Shown here piece by piece: positions 47,238 to 58,586 of a stretch of 64,000 bases of DNA; the stretch's first letter is position 1; the number at the start of each line of letters is the position of its first letter. Source of the DNA: Alphaproteobacteria bacterium (GTDB lineage: Bacteria; Pseudomonadota; Alphaproteobacteria; RF32; CAG-239); assembly GCA_015062585.1 (NCBI GenBank), contig SUUJ01000004.1, positions 94,512-158,511 on the forward strand. Direction: 5' to 3'. The translations under genes were made by a program, and so were the position numbers. Below the pieces are notes generated by a model. The model searched no databases. It saw only the letters and a list, made by a program, of their open reading frames with translations, and was not told the origin of the DNA.

Positions 47238-48030
47238 TTTTGAGAATCCTTTGAGCTACGGCCATAACATCAAGCGCGGCTTCTGATTCCGGATAGCGAC
47301 TGATTATTGTACTTTGATTTCTGATAGAATCACGAACGCGGGTGTCTTGTCGAATAATCCCCCGCAAAGGCGGTACTGTTTTGATAAATTCGCTACATGC
47401 TCTTTTTAACAATTTGTATGTACGCAATCCGTCCTCTATATAATTTACCTGATTGATGACTATACTTAGCGAGGTATTTGGGTAACGAGTTGTCATCAGC
47501 TTTATCAATCTGTAATTCGCCGTAAGTGATTTCGGATCGTCATTACATACAATTATTGCCGATTGAGACATTCCGGCCAAAACTTTGGATGAATTGTTCA
47601 TTCCCGAGCTCATATCCAAAATCAGTTTATCATAATTTTGAGATACAATATTTAAATCATCTCCCAATATCTGCAAACGCCCGATTGACATCGTTGACAA
47701 GCCCGAAGATCCCGGATTGCCATAAGCTATGTCAAATCGCCCTTTTTCATAATTGAAAATAACCTGATTAAGCGTGCGGTTGCCATATATCACAGCATCT
47801 AAATCATTTGCAAAATCCAAGCCTAATTGCACTTTAGTATTATTTAAGCCGCAATCTCCGTCAAACAACATAACTTTTTGTTTAAACAAACTTAGTGCGT
47901 GCGCCAAATTTAATGAAAACCATGTTTTCCCGCAACCACGATAACCGGAAATAACCGCGAGCATATTTTTGCCCTTAAGCTGCATAGCTTCTTTGGCAAA
48001 ATTGGTTGTTATTTCTGTTTCATTCAGCAT
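47221..48030 (-). CDS. flhG: FlhG/FleN (MinD-like) ATPase
   Basis: GKTWFSLNLAHAL, LFDGDCGLNN, ILDMSSG, IRQDTRVRDSIRNQ; follows flhA. Confidence 0.75.
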   Translation of the reverse strand: MLNETEITTNFAKEAMQLKGKNMLAVISGYRGCGKTWFSLNLAHALSLFKQKVMLFDGDCGLNNTKVQLGLDFANDLDAVIYGNRTLNQVIFNYEKGRFDIAYGNPGSSGLSTMSIGRLQILGDDLNIVSQNYDKLILDMSSGMNNSSKVLAGMSQSAIIVCNDDPKSLTANYRLIKLMTTRYPNTSLSIVINQVNYIEDGLRTYKLLKRACSEFIKTVPPLRGIIRQDTRVRDSIRNQSTIISRYPESEAALDVMAVAQRILKNEQFD

Positions 48031-48036
48031 TGTTTT

Positions 48037-50151
48037 TTATATTTGGCCTACGGTTTTTATTTTAGCTTTCGGGTGAATTTCATTTTGAGACATTACTGCA
48101 CTCAAAGGACGGAAGCGCTCAATTATAGAACGAACAAACGGTCGAATATTCGGGCTGGTTAAAAGCACCGGATTTTCACCTTTGAGAGCCAATTCTTCTA
48201 ACACATTGCGAACTTTTGTTATAAATGACTGTAACATTGTCGGCGGCATAGCAAGTTGTTTTTCTTCGCCTTCGCCAATGATTGATTGAGCAAAGTTTTG
48301 TTCCCATTCTGCTGACAAAGGAACTAAGGATATAACACCAAATTCATTAGAGTAAGCATTTGATAATTGGCGCGACAATCTGGTGCGAACATGCTCAGTT
48401 ATAAGCATTAAACTATGCGTTGAAGTAACCGCTTCGGATATACCTTCCAAAATGGTCGGTAAATCGCGAATCGAAACCCTTTCTTGCAACAGATTTTTTA
48501 ATATACGCTGCAAAGCCGCCAAACTTATCTTATTTGGAATCAAATCTTTTACCAATTTTTGATGTTCTTTATCCATTTCATCAAGCAACTTTTGAGTTTC
48601 GGCATAAGACAACAGCTCTGACATATTTTCTTTTACCAATTCGGTAATATGAGTTGTTACAACCGTTGCCGGATCAACAACGGTATAACCTCTGAACATT
48701 GCTTCTTCACGATATGACGGGTCTACCCACATAGCTTTTAGCCCAAAAGTAGGTTCCAAAGTTTCTTCACCCGGCAGATTGATTTTGTCACCTCTGGGAT
48801 CCATAACCAACAACTGAGTCGGTCTGATTTCGCCCTTGCCTGATTTTACTTCTTTGACATAAATGTTATATTCGTTAGCCTCTAATTGCATATTGTCTTG
48901 AATACGAATCGAGGGCATTACAAAACCCAATTCCGAGGCAAGAGCTCGACGCAATGCTTTGATTTGGTCGGTAAGTTTGCGGTTGGTATCTTCGTTAATC
49001 AATGGAAGCAATCCGTATCCGATTTCAAGGCGTATCAAATCTACTTTTAAGACATTAGCTATCGGTTCATCAGTCATTTTGCTGATTGCCGATTGTTTTT
49101 GCTCTTGTTCCAATACGGCTTGAACTTTGGCAGCTTCTTCTTTTTGCTGCTTAGATAAATAATATGCCGTTGTTCCGGTAATGGCTGAGAGAATAAAAAA
49201 CGGAACAGCCGGAGTTCCGGGAATTAGGCCTAAAACAACAGCCAAGCCCGAGCTCATACCAAGAGCCTTAGGATAATTAGCAAGTTGTTCAAACAAAACT
49301 TTGTCGGTTGACTCGGTCATGCCCGCTTTTGATACCAAGATACCGGCACCGACGGATACAATCAAAGCAGGAATTTGAGAAACCAAGCCATCACCGACAG
49401 TCAAACGAGTATATGTTTCACCGGCTTGAGCAAAGCTCATATCATTTTGAACCATACCGATAATAATACCGGCTACAATGTTGATAAAGGTAATCAAAAG
49501 GCCTGCTATGGCATCACCTCGCACGAATTTGGAAGCACCATCCATAGCTCCGTAAAACGAGCTTTCTTTGGATAAATCTTCGCGGCGTTTTTTAGCCTCG
49601 TCCTCATTTATCAATCCTGATGACAAATCGGCATCAATAGCCATTTGTTTTCCCGGCATGGCATCCAATGCAAAACGAGCGGCAACTTCAGCAATACGAC
49701 CTGAACCTTTGGTAATTACGATAAAGTTTACCAAAACCAATATGGCAAATACTATTACACCGATAACAAAATTGTTACCCATGATGAAGCCGCCGAAAGC
49801 TTTAATGACTTCACCGGCAGCATTGTCGCCTAAATATCCTCGAGATAAAATAAGACGGGTTGAAGCCAGATTTAAGGCCAGTCGATACATGGTTGTAATT
49901 AACAACACCAATGGAAACGAGCTGAACTCTATCGGCTTTTCGATAAAAATTGCCATCATTAAAACAACACATGCAAGTGTTATAGAAAGAGCTAATGATA
50001 TATCCAACAACCATACAGGCATTGGCATAATCAAAATAACCAACATCAAAATAATGGCAAAGGCAAAAAACAAATCACCCCTTTTTGCTGAGCTAAGGAG
50101 CATATCCTTCATTGAAGCAGAAAATCCGTTTTTTGTTATATTGCCGGCCAT
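48037..50151 (-). CDS. flhA: Flagellar export gate FlhA
   Basis: FSSFP, ITKGSGRIAEVAARFALDAMPGKQMAIDAD, FYGAMDGASKFVRGDAIAG, LTVGDGLVSQIPAL. Confidence 0.98.
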   Translation of the reverse strand: MAGNITKNGFSASMKDMLLSSAKRGDLFFAFAIILMLVILIMPMPVWLLDISLALSITLACVVLMMAIFIEKPIEFSSFPLVLLITTMYRLALNLASTRLILSRGYLGDNAAGEVIKAFGGFIMGNNFVIGVIVFAILVLVNFIVITKGSGRIAEVAARFALDAMPGKQMAIDADLSSGLINEDEAKKRREDLSKESSFYGAMDGASKFVRGDAIAGLLITFINIVAGIIIGMVQNDMSFAQAGETYTRLTVGDGLVSQIPALIVSVGAGILVSKAGMTESTDKVLFEQLANYPKALGMSSGLAVVLGLIPGTPAVPFFILSAITGTTAYYLSKQQKEEAAKVQAVLEQEQKQSAISKMTDEPIANVLKVDLIRLEIGYGLLPLINEDTNRKLTDQIKALRRALASELGFVMPSIRIQDNMQLEANEYNIYVKEVKSGKGEIRPTQLLVMDPRGDKINLPGEETLEPTFGLKAMWVDPSYREEAMFRGYTVVDPATVVTTHITELVKENMSELLSYAETQKLLDEMDKEHQKLVKDLIPNKISLAALQRILKNLLQERVSIRDLPTILEGISEAVTSTHSLMLITEHVRTRLSRQLSNAYSNEFGVISLVPLSAEWEQNFAQSIIGEGEEKQLAMPPTMLQSFITKVRNVLEELALKGENPVLLTSPNIRPFVRSIIERFRPLSAVMSQNEIHPKAKIKTVGQI

Positions 50152-50156
50152 TTTAA

Positions 50157-51479
50157 CTACCCTTGATTAGACGAAGGATGTAAATAGCCTTCTTCCTGAT
50201 ATTGTTTTAATTTATTGCGAAGAGTGCGAATCGATATACCTAGTATAGTAGCCGCAGCCGAACGATTCCACATGGTATCTTCCATAGTATCTAAAATGAG
50301 CTTGCGCTCCATTTCGGCAACTGTTTTTCCAACAGGAGCTTTTGTAATTTCTTCGCTTTCTTTAACTTCACGAACAGCTGATGGTGTTTGCAAAATTATT
50401 GCTTCTTCCCCTATTTCGTCACCACTTGAGAGTAATACAGCTCGATGCATGGTATTTTCCAGCTCGCGAACATTACCCGGCCACAAATAATTGAGTAATA
50501 TTTTTTCAGCGTTTGGCGATAAGTCTTTCATCGGCAAATCGTTAAGCTCGGAATATTTTTTGATAAAATGCTTAGCCAAAACAACAATATCACCCTCGCG
50601 ATCTTTTAAGTCGGGAATATTGATATTGATTACATTTAAGCGATAGTACAAATCTTGGCGAAATGTTCCGTCAAGGGTGCATTTTTCCAAATCTCTGTTT
50701 GATGTGGCAATAATTCTGGTATCAACCTTTATCGGTGATTTACCGCCCAATCTATCAATTTCTTTTTCTTGAATCGCGCGAAGTAACTTGGCTTGTAAAG
50801 AAATATCCATTTCAGATATTTCATCCAAAAGCAATGTACCGCCTGAGGCTTCTTCAAATTTGCCTATACGACGAGAAACAGCTCCGGTAAAAGCACCTTT
50901 TTCATAGCCAAACAATTCAGATTCCAGCAAAGCTTCAGGAATTGCGGCACAGTTTACGGCCACAAATTTTTGATTAGCCCTTTTAGAGTTATCATGGATA
51001 AAGCGCGAAAAGATTTCCTTACCTGTTCCGGATGAGCCGGTTAATAAAACAGAAGCTTCGGATGGGGCTATTTGTTTGGCCATTTTCAAAATTGCTTCGG
51101 TCTTTTTGTCACCATATATAAGTGCGTGATTCTCTCTGGTAGCAGCAGCCAAAACAGCTCCGATAAGTTCCGGATCAGGAGGCAGAGGGATATACTCCTT
51201 TGCACCGGCCTTAATAGCTTTAACCGCTAAAGATGTATCATTGGCAACACCGCAAGCAACGACCAAAACATTTATTCTTGAAGCTTGCAAAGATGAAATA
51301 AGCTTATGAACATCGAGTGTTACATCAACCATTATTAACTCAATATTTTTTCCGGAACACAAAATTTCAAGTGCTTTTTCGACACTATCGGCCAAAGAAA
51401 CCTGACCGCCTTTTGATATTGCTATCTTGCTGGCAGCTCCTATCTGACCGTTTAATGTTCCGACTATAAGCAATTCCAT
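50157..51479 (-). CDS. flbD: sigma54 activator FlbD
   Basis: Atypical receiver, GSSGTGKE, ESELFGYEKGAFTGA, WPGNVRELEN, Fis HTH; lies between fliN and flhA. Confidence 0.9.
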   Translation of the reverse strand: MELLIVGTLNGQIGAASKIAISKGGQVSLADSVEKALEILCSGKNIELIMVDVTLDVHKLISSLQASRINVLVVACGVANDTSLAVKAIKAGAKEYIPLPPDPELIGAVLAAATRENHALIYGDKKTEAILKMAKQIAPSEASVLLTGSSGTGKEIFSRFIHDNSKRANQKFVAVNCAAIPEALLESELFGYEKGAFTGAVSRRIGKFEEASGGTLLLDEISEMDISLQAKLLRAIQEKEIDRLGGKSPIKVDTRIIATSNRDLEKCTLDGTFRQDLYYRLNVININIPDLKDREGDIVVLAKHFIKKYSELNDLPMKDLSPNAEKILLNYLWPGNVRELENTMHRAVLLSSGDEIGEEAIILQTPSAVREVKESEEITKAPVGKTVAEMERKLILDTMEDTMWNRSAAATILGISIRTLRNKLKQYQEEGYLHPSSNQG

Positions 51480-51493
51480 CGTAAACTATATCC

Positions 51494-51847
51494 TTATTTT
51501 CCGGAAGCCTTAACAATCTCGGTCATTGTGATACCTAATTTATCATCAACAACAACCACTTCACCACGAGCAACCAACGAATTGTTTACATAAATATCTA
51601 TGGCTTCGCCTACTTTTCTATCAAGCTCAATAATCGCACCTTTGTTCAATTTCATCAATTGACTGACTTTCATATTGGTCTTGCCCAAAACAGCAGATAC
51701 TTTTACCGGAATATTATATACGGCTTCCAAATCTGATGTTGATGTCGGAATATCAAAATCTTCAACACCGACATCTTTGCGTAAAATCGGCTCATTATCC
51801 AAAATGCTAGATTCACTAAGCTCGTTTAATTCTAAGTTATTATCCAT
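51494..51847 (-). CDS. fliN: Flagellar motor switch FliN
   Basis: IPVKVSAVLG, GAIIELDRKVGE..VARGEVVVV. Confidence 0.95.
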   Translation of the reverse strand: MDNNLELNELSESSILDNEPILRKDVGVEDFDIPTSTSDLEAVYNIPVKVSAVLGKTNMKVSQLMKLNKGAIIELDRKVGEAIDIYVNNSLVARGEVVVVDDKLGITMTEIVKASGK

Positions 51848-52679
51848 TTTCCCTCTCTTGATTATTTGTATTTACTAAATTTTCTACTTTGTTGATTAAA
51901 TCAGATGTTTTTCTTTCAACTCCGCCTGACTTCCACTCTACTCTGCAATCTGAAAGACCTAAGCTTATATCTTTGTGAACAGATATTTTTCCTGCAAAAT
52001 CATTTTGTTCGGCCAAACGAGAAATACTATCGGCAACAGAAGATATTATCTCAGGATTAAATGAAAAAGATAATGTGTCTTGATTAGAAAAATTAGCAAA
52101 ATTTTCTGCTAAAAAGTTCTTAACTTCTTTTTCGGCTCTTTCTTTTTCTAAAGTGGGTAATATTTTTCTGACCATCTCAATAGAAAAATTAAGAGCAGAT
52201 GCTTCAAGTGTCGTTTGTTTTTCATCTAAAGTTGAATATATAGTCATCAACTGATTTTTAATATTTTCCAATAATATATTTTGCTGCTCAAAAGAAGAAT
52301 TTTTAGCATCTTCCATAGCTTTGTCATAAGCATTTTTTGATGCTTCTTCTATGGCCTGTTGGTATTCTTCTTCGGTGTAGACAGCCATATTTTCATCTAT
52401 CTTTTCTTCTGCAAAGTTATATGACGAAGGTTCAATAATCGGTTGTTGTGTTTCGATTTCTGCGACTTCTTCAATTTTTTCTTCAATAACTTCTTCAACA
52501 ACTTCTTCAATATTTTCTTCAACGATTTCTTCCGTTGTTTCGATATCTTCTACTGTATCATAAACTTCTACAATTTCTTCATCTGTTTCTAAGGGTTGAT
52601 TGTCTTCAGAAACTACATCTGTAGCTTTGTCGTTTTTGACGACAAAGTTATCAAACAAATATTTCTGAAAATCAACCAC
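51840..52679 (-). CDS. fliH: Flagellar assembly protein FliH (FlbE) with an acidic linker
   Basis: FQKYLFD N-terminus, LSDCRVEWKSGG; position between fliG and fliN. Confidence 0.8.
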   Translation of the reverse strand: MVDFQKYLFDNFVVKNDKATDVVSEDNQPLETDEEIVEVYDTVEDIETTEEIVEENIEEVVEEVIEEKIEEVAEIETQQPIIEPSSYNFAEEKIDENMAVYTEEEYQQAIEEASKNAYDKAMEDAKNSSFEQQNILLENIKNQLMTIYSTLDEKQTTLEASALNFSIEMVRKILPTLEKERAEKEVKNFLAENFANFSNQDTLSFSFNPEIISSVADSISRLAEQNDFAGKISVHKDISLGLSDCRVEWKSGGVERKTSDLINKVENLVNTNNQERENG

Positions 52680-52697
52680 CTTAACTTATTCCTTATA

Positions 52698-53726
52698 CTA
52701 ATATACTAATTCGTCGTTATCATTTCCTTCGGCAACAACAATTTCGCCGGCAGCAGCCAAATCTTTAGCCGAAGCAACGATGTATTGTTGAGCTTCTTCA
52801 ACATCGCGCATACGAACAGGTCCCATAGCGTCCATATCTTCTTTGACGATTTTTCCTGCACGAGTTGACATATTGTTGAAGAACAAATCCTTCAAGGTAT
52901 CTGAAGCACCCTTCAAAGCAATTGCAAGCTTGTCTTTGTCGATATTGCGCAACAAAATTTGGATACCTTGAGAATCGATTCTGGTCAAATCTTCAAATGT
53001 GAACATCAATGATTTTACGCGTTCAGCACTCTCACGGTTGCGTTCTTCCAAAGCTTCCATGAAGCGAGTTTCGGTATTTCTATCCAATGAATTGAAGATA
53101 TCGGCAATAAATTCGTGAGCATCTCTTCTGGTAGATTTTGACAATGAGCTCATAAATTCTTTTCTTAATGTTTTTTCCAAGCTGTCCAAAACCTCTTTTT
53201 GAATAGAATCCATACGCAACATTCTCATTACGATTTCCATTGCAAAATTCTCAGGGAATAATGCTATAACCTTAGCAGCGTGATCTGCTTTAATCTTTGA
53301 CAAGATAACCGCAATGGTCTGAGGATATTCGTTTTTAAGGTAATTAGCCAAAACATGTTCGTTGACATTGCCGAGTTTGTCCCACATGGTACGACCGGCA
53401 GGTCCTCTTATTTCTTCCATAATAATGGAAACGCGGTCTTTATCCAATGCCTTAGCTAATAATCTTTCCGTGGTTTCGTATGTACCGACCAAATTACCGG
53501 TATCATTTATTCTTTCGTTAAATTCGGTTATCAATTGTTCAATAACATTGGAGTTTACTTTTCCGAGTGATGCCATAATTACCGACAATTCTTTAATTTC
53601 TTCATCATCCATTACCGAAAACAGTGAAGACGAGCGTTCCTCATCCAATGACAACATTAAAATAGCGGCTTTTTGCGGACCGGACAAAAGATTAAAATCA
53701 TCTATTACATTTTGTTTAATAGCCAT
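52698..53726 (-). CDS. fliG: Flagellar motor switch FliG
   Basis: [36 protein letters not shown]. Confidence 0.97.
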   Translation of the reverse strand: MAIKQNVIDDFNLLSGPQKAAILMLSLDEERSSSLFSVMDDEEIKELSVIMASLGKVNSNVIEQLITEFNERINDTGNLVGTYETTERLLAKALDKDRVSIIMEEIRGPAGRTMWDKLGNVNEHVLANYLKNEYPQTIAVILSKIKADHAAKVIALFPENFAMEIVMRMLRMDSIQKEVLDSLEKTLRKEFMSSLSKSTRRDAHEFIADIFNSLDRNTETRFMEALEERNRESAERVKSLMFTFEDLTRIDSQGIQILLRNIDKDKLAIALKGASDTLKDLFFNNMSTRAGKIVKEDMDAMGPVRMRDVEEAQQYIVASAKDLAAAGEIVVAEGNDNDELVY

Positions 53727-53731
53727 TGTTC

Positions 53732-55360
53732 TTAACCCTCATTATTATATAACCAACCACGAATCACATTAACTGCAGCATCGGGATTCTTTTCAACCGT
53801 AGCATTGAGCTTCTTAACCAATGAAGCTTTGATACGACCATCGACCTTGTTAATATTAACCAACTCATCCGCATTGTCATCATAGTTATCATTTAAGAAA
53901 TTGGACAACAGCAAATTATCTTCGTCGGTATTAGCAGATATGAGTTTTTCGGCTGAATTGTTATTTGATACTTCAAACGCATTGTTTATTAACGGTCTGA
54001 TTACCAATAAAATAACCAATATCGCCACGATTGCAACGCCCAAACCTTCAGCCATACGCATCAACTCTTGTTTGGTCAAGCCCATATACAATTTCTCAGG
54101 CAGAGCATTCTCTTCATCTATTAGTGTTGAGAATTTGATGTTAACAACTTCAACTAAATCTCCGCGATTGGCATCATATCCGACAGCTGATTTTACCAAA
54201 TTGGTAATGCGTTCCATTTCTTCCGGAGTACGCGGCTGATAAATCAAACGACCATCTTTGTTTCTTTTGTATGTACCATCTACGGAAACACCGGCTGTAA
54301 CACGACTGATTACACCTGTATTTTTTACTTTGTTTCTGACAACACGAGAAATTTCGTAGTTAATAGTCTCTTCGGTTTTTGCCATTGTGCCGAACGAACC
54401 GTTAGATGATGGAAAAGAACTGTCTGAATTTGGTATATTCTGACCGACAGTTACAGGTTGCGAAGCATCTTGTCCTGTTGTTCCTTCTTCTGACATACTG
54501 GCTTGAGAGCGAATAACTTGGCTGTCAGGATCAAAAATTTCTTCATTGGTAACTATTTCATCAAAATCCATTTCCAAATTTACTTGGACTTGAGCTTTTC
54601 CTTTGCCCAAACTTTTTTCCAAAAGCTCTTGCAAACGTTGGTTAAGTTTGTATTCCTGTTCCAAACGCATTGTTTCATTGGTCGACTTTTTAACAATTTC
54701 GGTTTGTTCTTCGCTAAATTCGGTTAAAAGATTACCATTGGAATCAACGATTGAAATATCTTTCATGTCCAACTTTGGAACGGCCGCAGCAATCAGCTTT
54801 TGAATAGCCTGAATGCTTTGTGGGTTTAGCGGACCTTCTTTAGTTTTTATGATAACAGAAGCAGATGGCTTTTGTTCTTCGCGAGAAAAAATTTCGCGTT
54901 TGGGCATAACCAGATGGACTCTGGCACTTCTGATGTTTTCAACAGAGCTGATAGTTCTGGCTAATTCTCCTTCTAAGGCTCTGAGCAAGTTTACATTTTG
55001 AACAAAGTTGGTTGAACCTAAGGCATCTGTATTGTCAAAAACTTCGTATCCGACGCCTGAAACTCCGGAACCAAGAGCAAAATCCACCGTATCCAAACGC
55101 AAACGATTAACTTCACTCGCCGGAACTAAAATTTCAGTTCCGTTTTTTTCCAAACGATAATCAACGCCTGAAGAATCGAGTTTGTCGACTATTTGTTTCG
55201 AATCCGGCAGTTCCAAATCAGAATACAAAACCACATATTCATTGCCACTTATTTGAACAACAACATACACAAAAAAGCTAATCAAAAAAATGATAATGGC
55301 TGCGATAGATGCCACCTTAGACGGCGACATATTTTTTATCATCTGCAATATATTATTCAT
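53732..55360 (-). CDS. fliF: MS-ring protein FliF
   Basis: [34 protein letters not shown], two TM. Confidence 0.96.
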   Translation of the reverse strand: MNNILQMIKNMSPSKVASIAAIIIFLISFFVYVVVQISGNEYVVLYSDLELPDSKQIVDKLDSSGVDYRLEKNGTEILVPASEVNRLRLDTVDFALGSGVSGVGYEVFDNTDALGSTNFVQNVNLLRALEGELARTISSVENIRSARVHLVMPKREIFSREEQKPSASVIIKTKEGPLNPQSIQAIQKLIAAAVPKLDMKDISIVDSNGNLLTEFSEEQTEIVKKSTNETMRLEQEYKLNQRLQELLEKSLGKGKAQVQVNLEMDFDEIVTNEEIFDPDSQVIRSQASMSEEGTTGQDASQPVTVGQNIPNSDSSFPSSNGSFGTMAKTEETINYEISRVVRNKVKNTGVISRVTAGVSVDGTYKRNKDGRLIYQPRTPEEMERITNLVKSAVGYDANRGDLVEVVNIKFSTLIDEENALPEKLYMGLTKQELMRMAEGLGVAIVAILVILLVIRPLINNAFEVSNNNSAEKLISANTDEDNLLLSNFLNDNYDDNADELVNINKVDGRIKASLVKKLNATVEKNPDAAVNVIRGWLYNNEG

Positions 55361-55524
55361 AGATTCCCCAATCTATAAGCAAATAAACACTAAAATCCGC
55401 CAACTTTAGATAAGTTGATGCGAATCATTTCCCCTTTTATTTATCATTTAACTTAAAAAAACGCATTAGTTAACCATTTATTTAAGATATTAACAGCCTC
55501 TTTCTTACCCACTGATATTTATAT

Positions 55525-55569
55525 AAAAAAAGAAAAAGAAGCCTCATTCTGAAGCTTCTCTTTCTTTTT
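55525..55569 (-). terminator. Terminator after flgE
   Basis: AAAGAAAAAGAAGC..GCTTCTCTTTCTTT imperfect stem. Confidence 0.55.
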
Positions 55570-55591
55570 AGTTTTAGGATTTATCTAATTT

Positions 55592-57766
55592 TTATACAAG
55601 ATTTGTCAGCTCTTGTAACATTTCGTCAGCAGTTGTCATAATCTTACCGGCTGCTGAATAAGCTCTTTGTACAACAATCATATTTGAAAATTCGGTTGCC
55701 AAGTCAACTGTTGAGCTTTCAAGTGATGATGAAACTATCTCACCTGCACCGCCTGTTGTTGCTTGGGTTAACAACGGATTTCCAGACTCGGTTGTTGCAA
55801 TCCAAACGTTATTGTTAAGAGCTTCCATACCATTGGCATTTACAAATGTTGCCAAAGGAATAATTGCGATAGGACGAGTTTCACCATTTGAGAATACTGC
55901 AGTTACCACACCGTCATCGCCAACGGTAACACCGGCATAGCTACCGAATGTTGCACCGTCTTGATTGATATAACTGGTTGAGAATCCGCCTGACAAGTTA
56001 GTCAAACCTGTTGATACATTTTCTTCACCCATGTTAATTCTGATTTGTACGCCATCACCTAATTTTACTTCTCCGGTCATATCTTGAGCGCCATTTGCCC
56101 AGTATATTTCCATATTTTCAACATTGATCGTTTTAGGTGTACCGTCTGAGTTGAACATAATAGCGGGAACTTTACTTCCGAGTTGTTCAACTTCATCATA
56201 AGTAAACTTGTTGCTGATACCGTCGGTCGGAATATCTCCGGATACTTCATTTGAACCTGAAATATATTCGACTGTTGCGTCGGTAATTTTAATACCATCA
56301 TTAGGAATTTTAATGTTTTCACCGGTTGAAGTAGGAATGATTTGCAATGTTTTACCGCTGGCGACAAATCTTTCCGGCTCTGAAACACCTGCTTCTTGAA
56401 TAGCTTTTACAAGCTTATCAACCAAGATGTTTGGTGTATACGGTTTATTGTTATTATCAGTATAGGCTATGTATACGGTATTTGCTGCCGGCGTGGCCGG
56501 AGTTGGACCAAAAACAAAGTTAATTCCATCAATAGCTATGCTATCATTCACATTAACTGTATCAAAGTCGATGCTGGCACAATTTTTGATGCGATTGTCA
56601 ATAGCTTCAACAGTAAATGTACCCTGTGATAAACCTGATGATTTATCAATAGCGGCAGCAGATTGTACACAAGCCAATGTTCCGCTACAATCAATAGATA
56701 ATTTGTCACCGGTTAATGATTGTGAAATCTTTATTGCATTGTTATCACGAACAAAACGGCCGGCATCTCTTATGTTGAGTTCAATAGATTCCAAAAATGC
56801 TTCTATGGCATCTCTTATTGAATTTGCTTCGGAAATATTTACGGCAATATTAGTATTACCGTTGCCGATTTGACTACCGTTTGTAAGCGCCTTATTATTA
56901 ACAAATTCAAATGTTACATCGTTAATTTTAATTGTTGAACCCTCTGCCGGTATCTCGGTAAATTCCATTTGACCGATTGATGAGTATACCATACCGTCAT
57001 TAGTATAAAGATTGATAGCAGCGGCACCTGAAGGAATTGATGTATTCAAACCCCAAGAATTTGCTGTTTCTTTGGTATAGTTAAGACTGATATTATTTGG
57101 ATTACCCAAGCTATCATAAATTAAGGTAGAAACAGAATGAGTTTCACCGATACGACTGCCTGATGGCAAGTTAGCGCCAAAGGCAATTTGGGTGGTCGGA
57201 GTTGCGGTACCGCCGATGTTGGAAAGGTTAATACCACGAAGATTGTTTTCATCAACAATGTTATCATTTATGTAAACTGTTTCGCCATTGTCGTTTTTGT
57301 AGGCTTTCATATACATAATACCGTTAATTTCGATCGTGGCGGCAGAATCGGTACCATCCCATGGCATTAAAGACCAAGCTTGTGCATAGTAACCACCGGA
57401 ATTTACCAAATATCCTGTTTCATCTTTTAAGAAATCACCGGCACGAGTATATGCCCAAGTTCCCTCGCCGTTATTGAGCGAATTGACGACAAAATATCCG
57501 TTTCCGCTGACTGCCAAAGATGTTGTTGATGAAACAGATGATAACAAACCTTGAGCATCAATACTTTGCGAGGTGTGGGATTGTACACCACCGGCAGAAT
57601 ATTTGCTAGATGATACCTGTTTGGTTACCAAAGTTGAAAATGATACATTATTTGTTTTATAACCAATAGTATTCATATTGGCTATATTGTCGGCAATGGC
57701 ACCCATTGCGCTTGACTGCGCTCCGAGGCCTGATACACCGGCTTGTAATGCTCCTAAAATACTCAT
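55592..57766 (-). CDS. flgE: Flagellar hook protein FlgE (long form, 724 aa)
   Basis: IADNIANMNTIGYK, LAVSGNGYF, YTRAGDF, LESSTVDLATEFSNMIVVQRAYSA. Confidence 0.96.
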   Translation of the reverse strand: MSILGALQAGVSGLGAQSSAMGAIADNIANMNTIGYKTNNVSFSTLVTKQVSSSKYSAGGVQSHTSQSIDAQGLLSSVSSTTSLAVSGNGYFVVNSLNNGEGTWAYTRAGDFLKDETGYLVNSGGYYAQAWSLMPWDGTDSAATIEINGIMYMKAYKNDNGETVYINDNIVDENNLRGINLSNIGGTATPTTQIAFGANLPSGSRIGETHSVSTLIYDSLGNPNNISLNYTKETANSWGLNTSIPSGAAAINLYTNDGMVYSSIGQMEFTEIPAEGSTIKINDVTFEFVNNKALTNGSQIGNGNTNIAVNISEANSIRDAIEAFLESIELNIRDAGRFVRDNNAIKISQSLTGDKLSIDCSGTLACVQSAAAIDKSSGLSQGTFTVEAIDNRIKNCASIDFDTVNVNDSIAIDGINFVFGPTPATPAANTVYIAYTDNNNKPYTPNILVDKLVKAIQEAGVSEPERFVASGKTLQIIPTSTGENIKIPNDGIKITDATVEYISGSNEVSGDIPTDGISNKFTYDEVEQLGSKVPAIMFNSDGTPKTINVENMEIYWANGAQDMTGEVKLGDGVQIRINMGEENVSTGLTNLSGGFSTSYINQDGATFGSYAGVTVGDDGVVTAVFSNGETRPIAIIPLATFVNANGMEALNNNVWIATTESGNPLLTQATTGGAGEIVSSSLESSTVDLATEFSNMIVVQRAYSAAGKIMTTADEMLQELTNLV

Positions 57767-57790
57767 TTTATTTCTCCTAAAACTATATTA

Positions 57791-58567
57791 TTACGCCATT
57801 TGCGCGATTATTTGTTCTAATTCTTCTTTCAAATCTTCATCTTCTGATGAAGCGCCGTTATTCTTCTGAATTTCGGCAACTAATTCGTCCCAATAATTTT
57901 CGTTGCGTGATGTAACAACATAATCAAGTGTTGTTGTTATGGCATCACCCAAACCTAAATAAATTCCGCTGTCGTCACTGGCAACGCCTGTTACACGACC
58001 GAATACGGTTGTTGTTACCGAAGCTGATGTTTCGCCTTCGGGAACAGTGGTTAAAACTTCAATTTTGTAGGCTCCGTCAGGAAGTTGCTCGCCATTTATA
58101 TTTTTGCCGTCCCATAACAAGTCATGAGCCCCTGAAGATGTTTCACCTTTTGCGGTATAGACAACTTTGTCGTCCATATCTTTCAAAACAATGGTGCAAT
58201 CAATTACATCTTTACTCAAAGTATAAGTAGCTTTGGCTGCACCTTTATCCAAAGGCATTACATCGCTGATTGCCTGAATGGTCTTGCCGACATAACCGGT
58301 TGCTTGAACCCCCAAGTTGTAAATTGATAAGTTAAGTAAGTTATCCAATTTTGAGTTAGTTTGGATTGCTTGTTCCACATTAGAATATTGAACAAGTTGG
58401 TTGGTATATTCAGATGCGTCCATAGGATCAAGAGGATCTTGATATTGCAATTGAGTAGTCAACAATGTCAAAAATGTATCCATATCGGCAGACAAAGTTT
58501 GAGCAGAGTTAGTTCCCTTATTAACACCTGTATTTATTGATGAGATGATTGAGCTTAAATCTGTCAT
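57791..58567 (-). CDS. flgD: Hook capping protein FlgD
   Basis: FLTLLTTQLQYQDPLDPMD..QLVQYS.VEQ, WDGK. Confidence 0.96.
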   Translation of the reverse strand: MTDLSSIISSINTGVNKGTNSAQTLSADMDTFLTLLTTQLQYQDPLDPMDASEYTNQLVQYSNVEQAIQTNSKLDNLLNLSIYNLGVQATGYVGKTIQAISDVMPLDKGAAKATYTLSKDVIDCTIVLKDMDDKVVYTAKGETSSGAHDLLWDGKNINGEQLPDGAYKIEVLTTVPEGETSASVTTTVFGRVTGVASDDSGIYLGLGDAITTTLDYVVTSRNENYWDELVAEIQKNNGASSEDEDLKEELEQIIAQMA

Positions 58568-58586
58568 GATCTTACCTCCCTTTTAC

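Noticed and set aside
55470-55485. CtrA-like box upstream of fliF (similar near-match at 278-293)
   Set aside because: One mismatch or wrong spacing versus TTAA-N7-TTAAC; weak in AT-rich DNA, though biologically plausible for fliF
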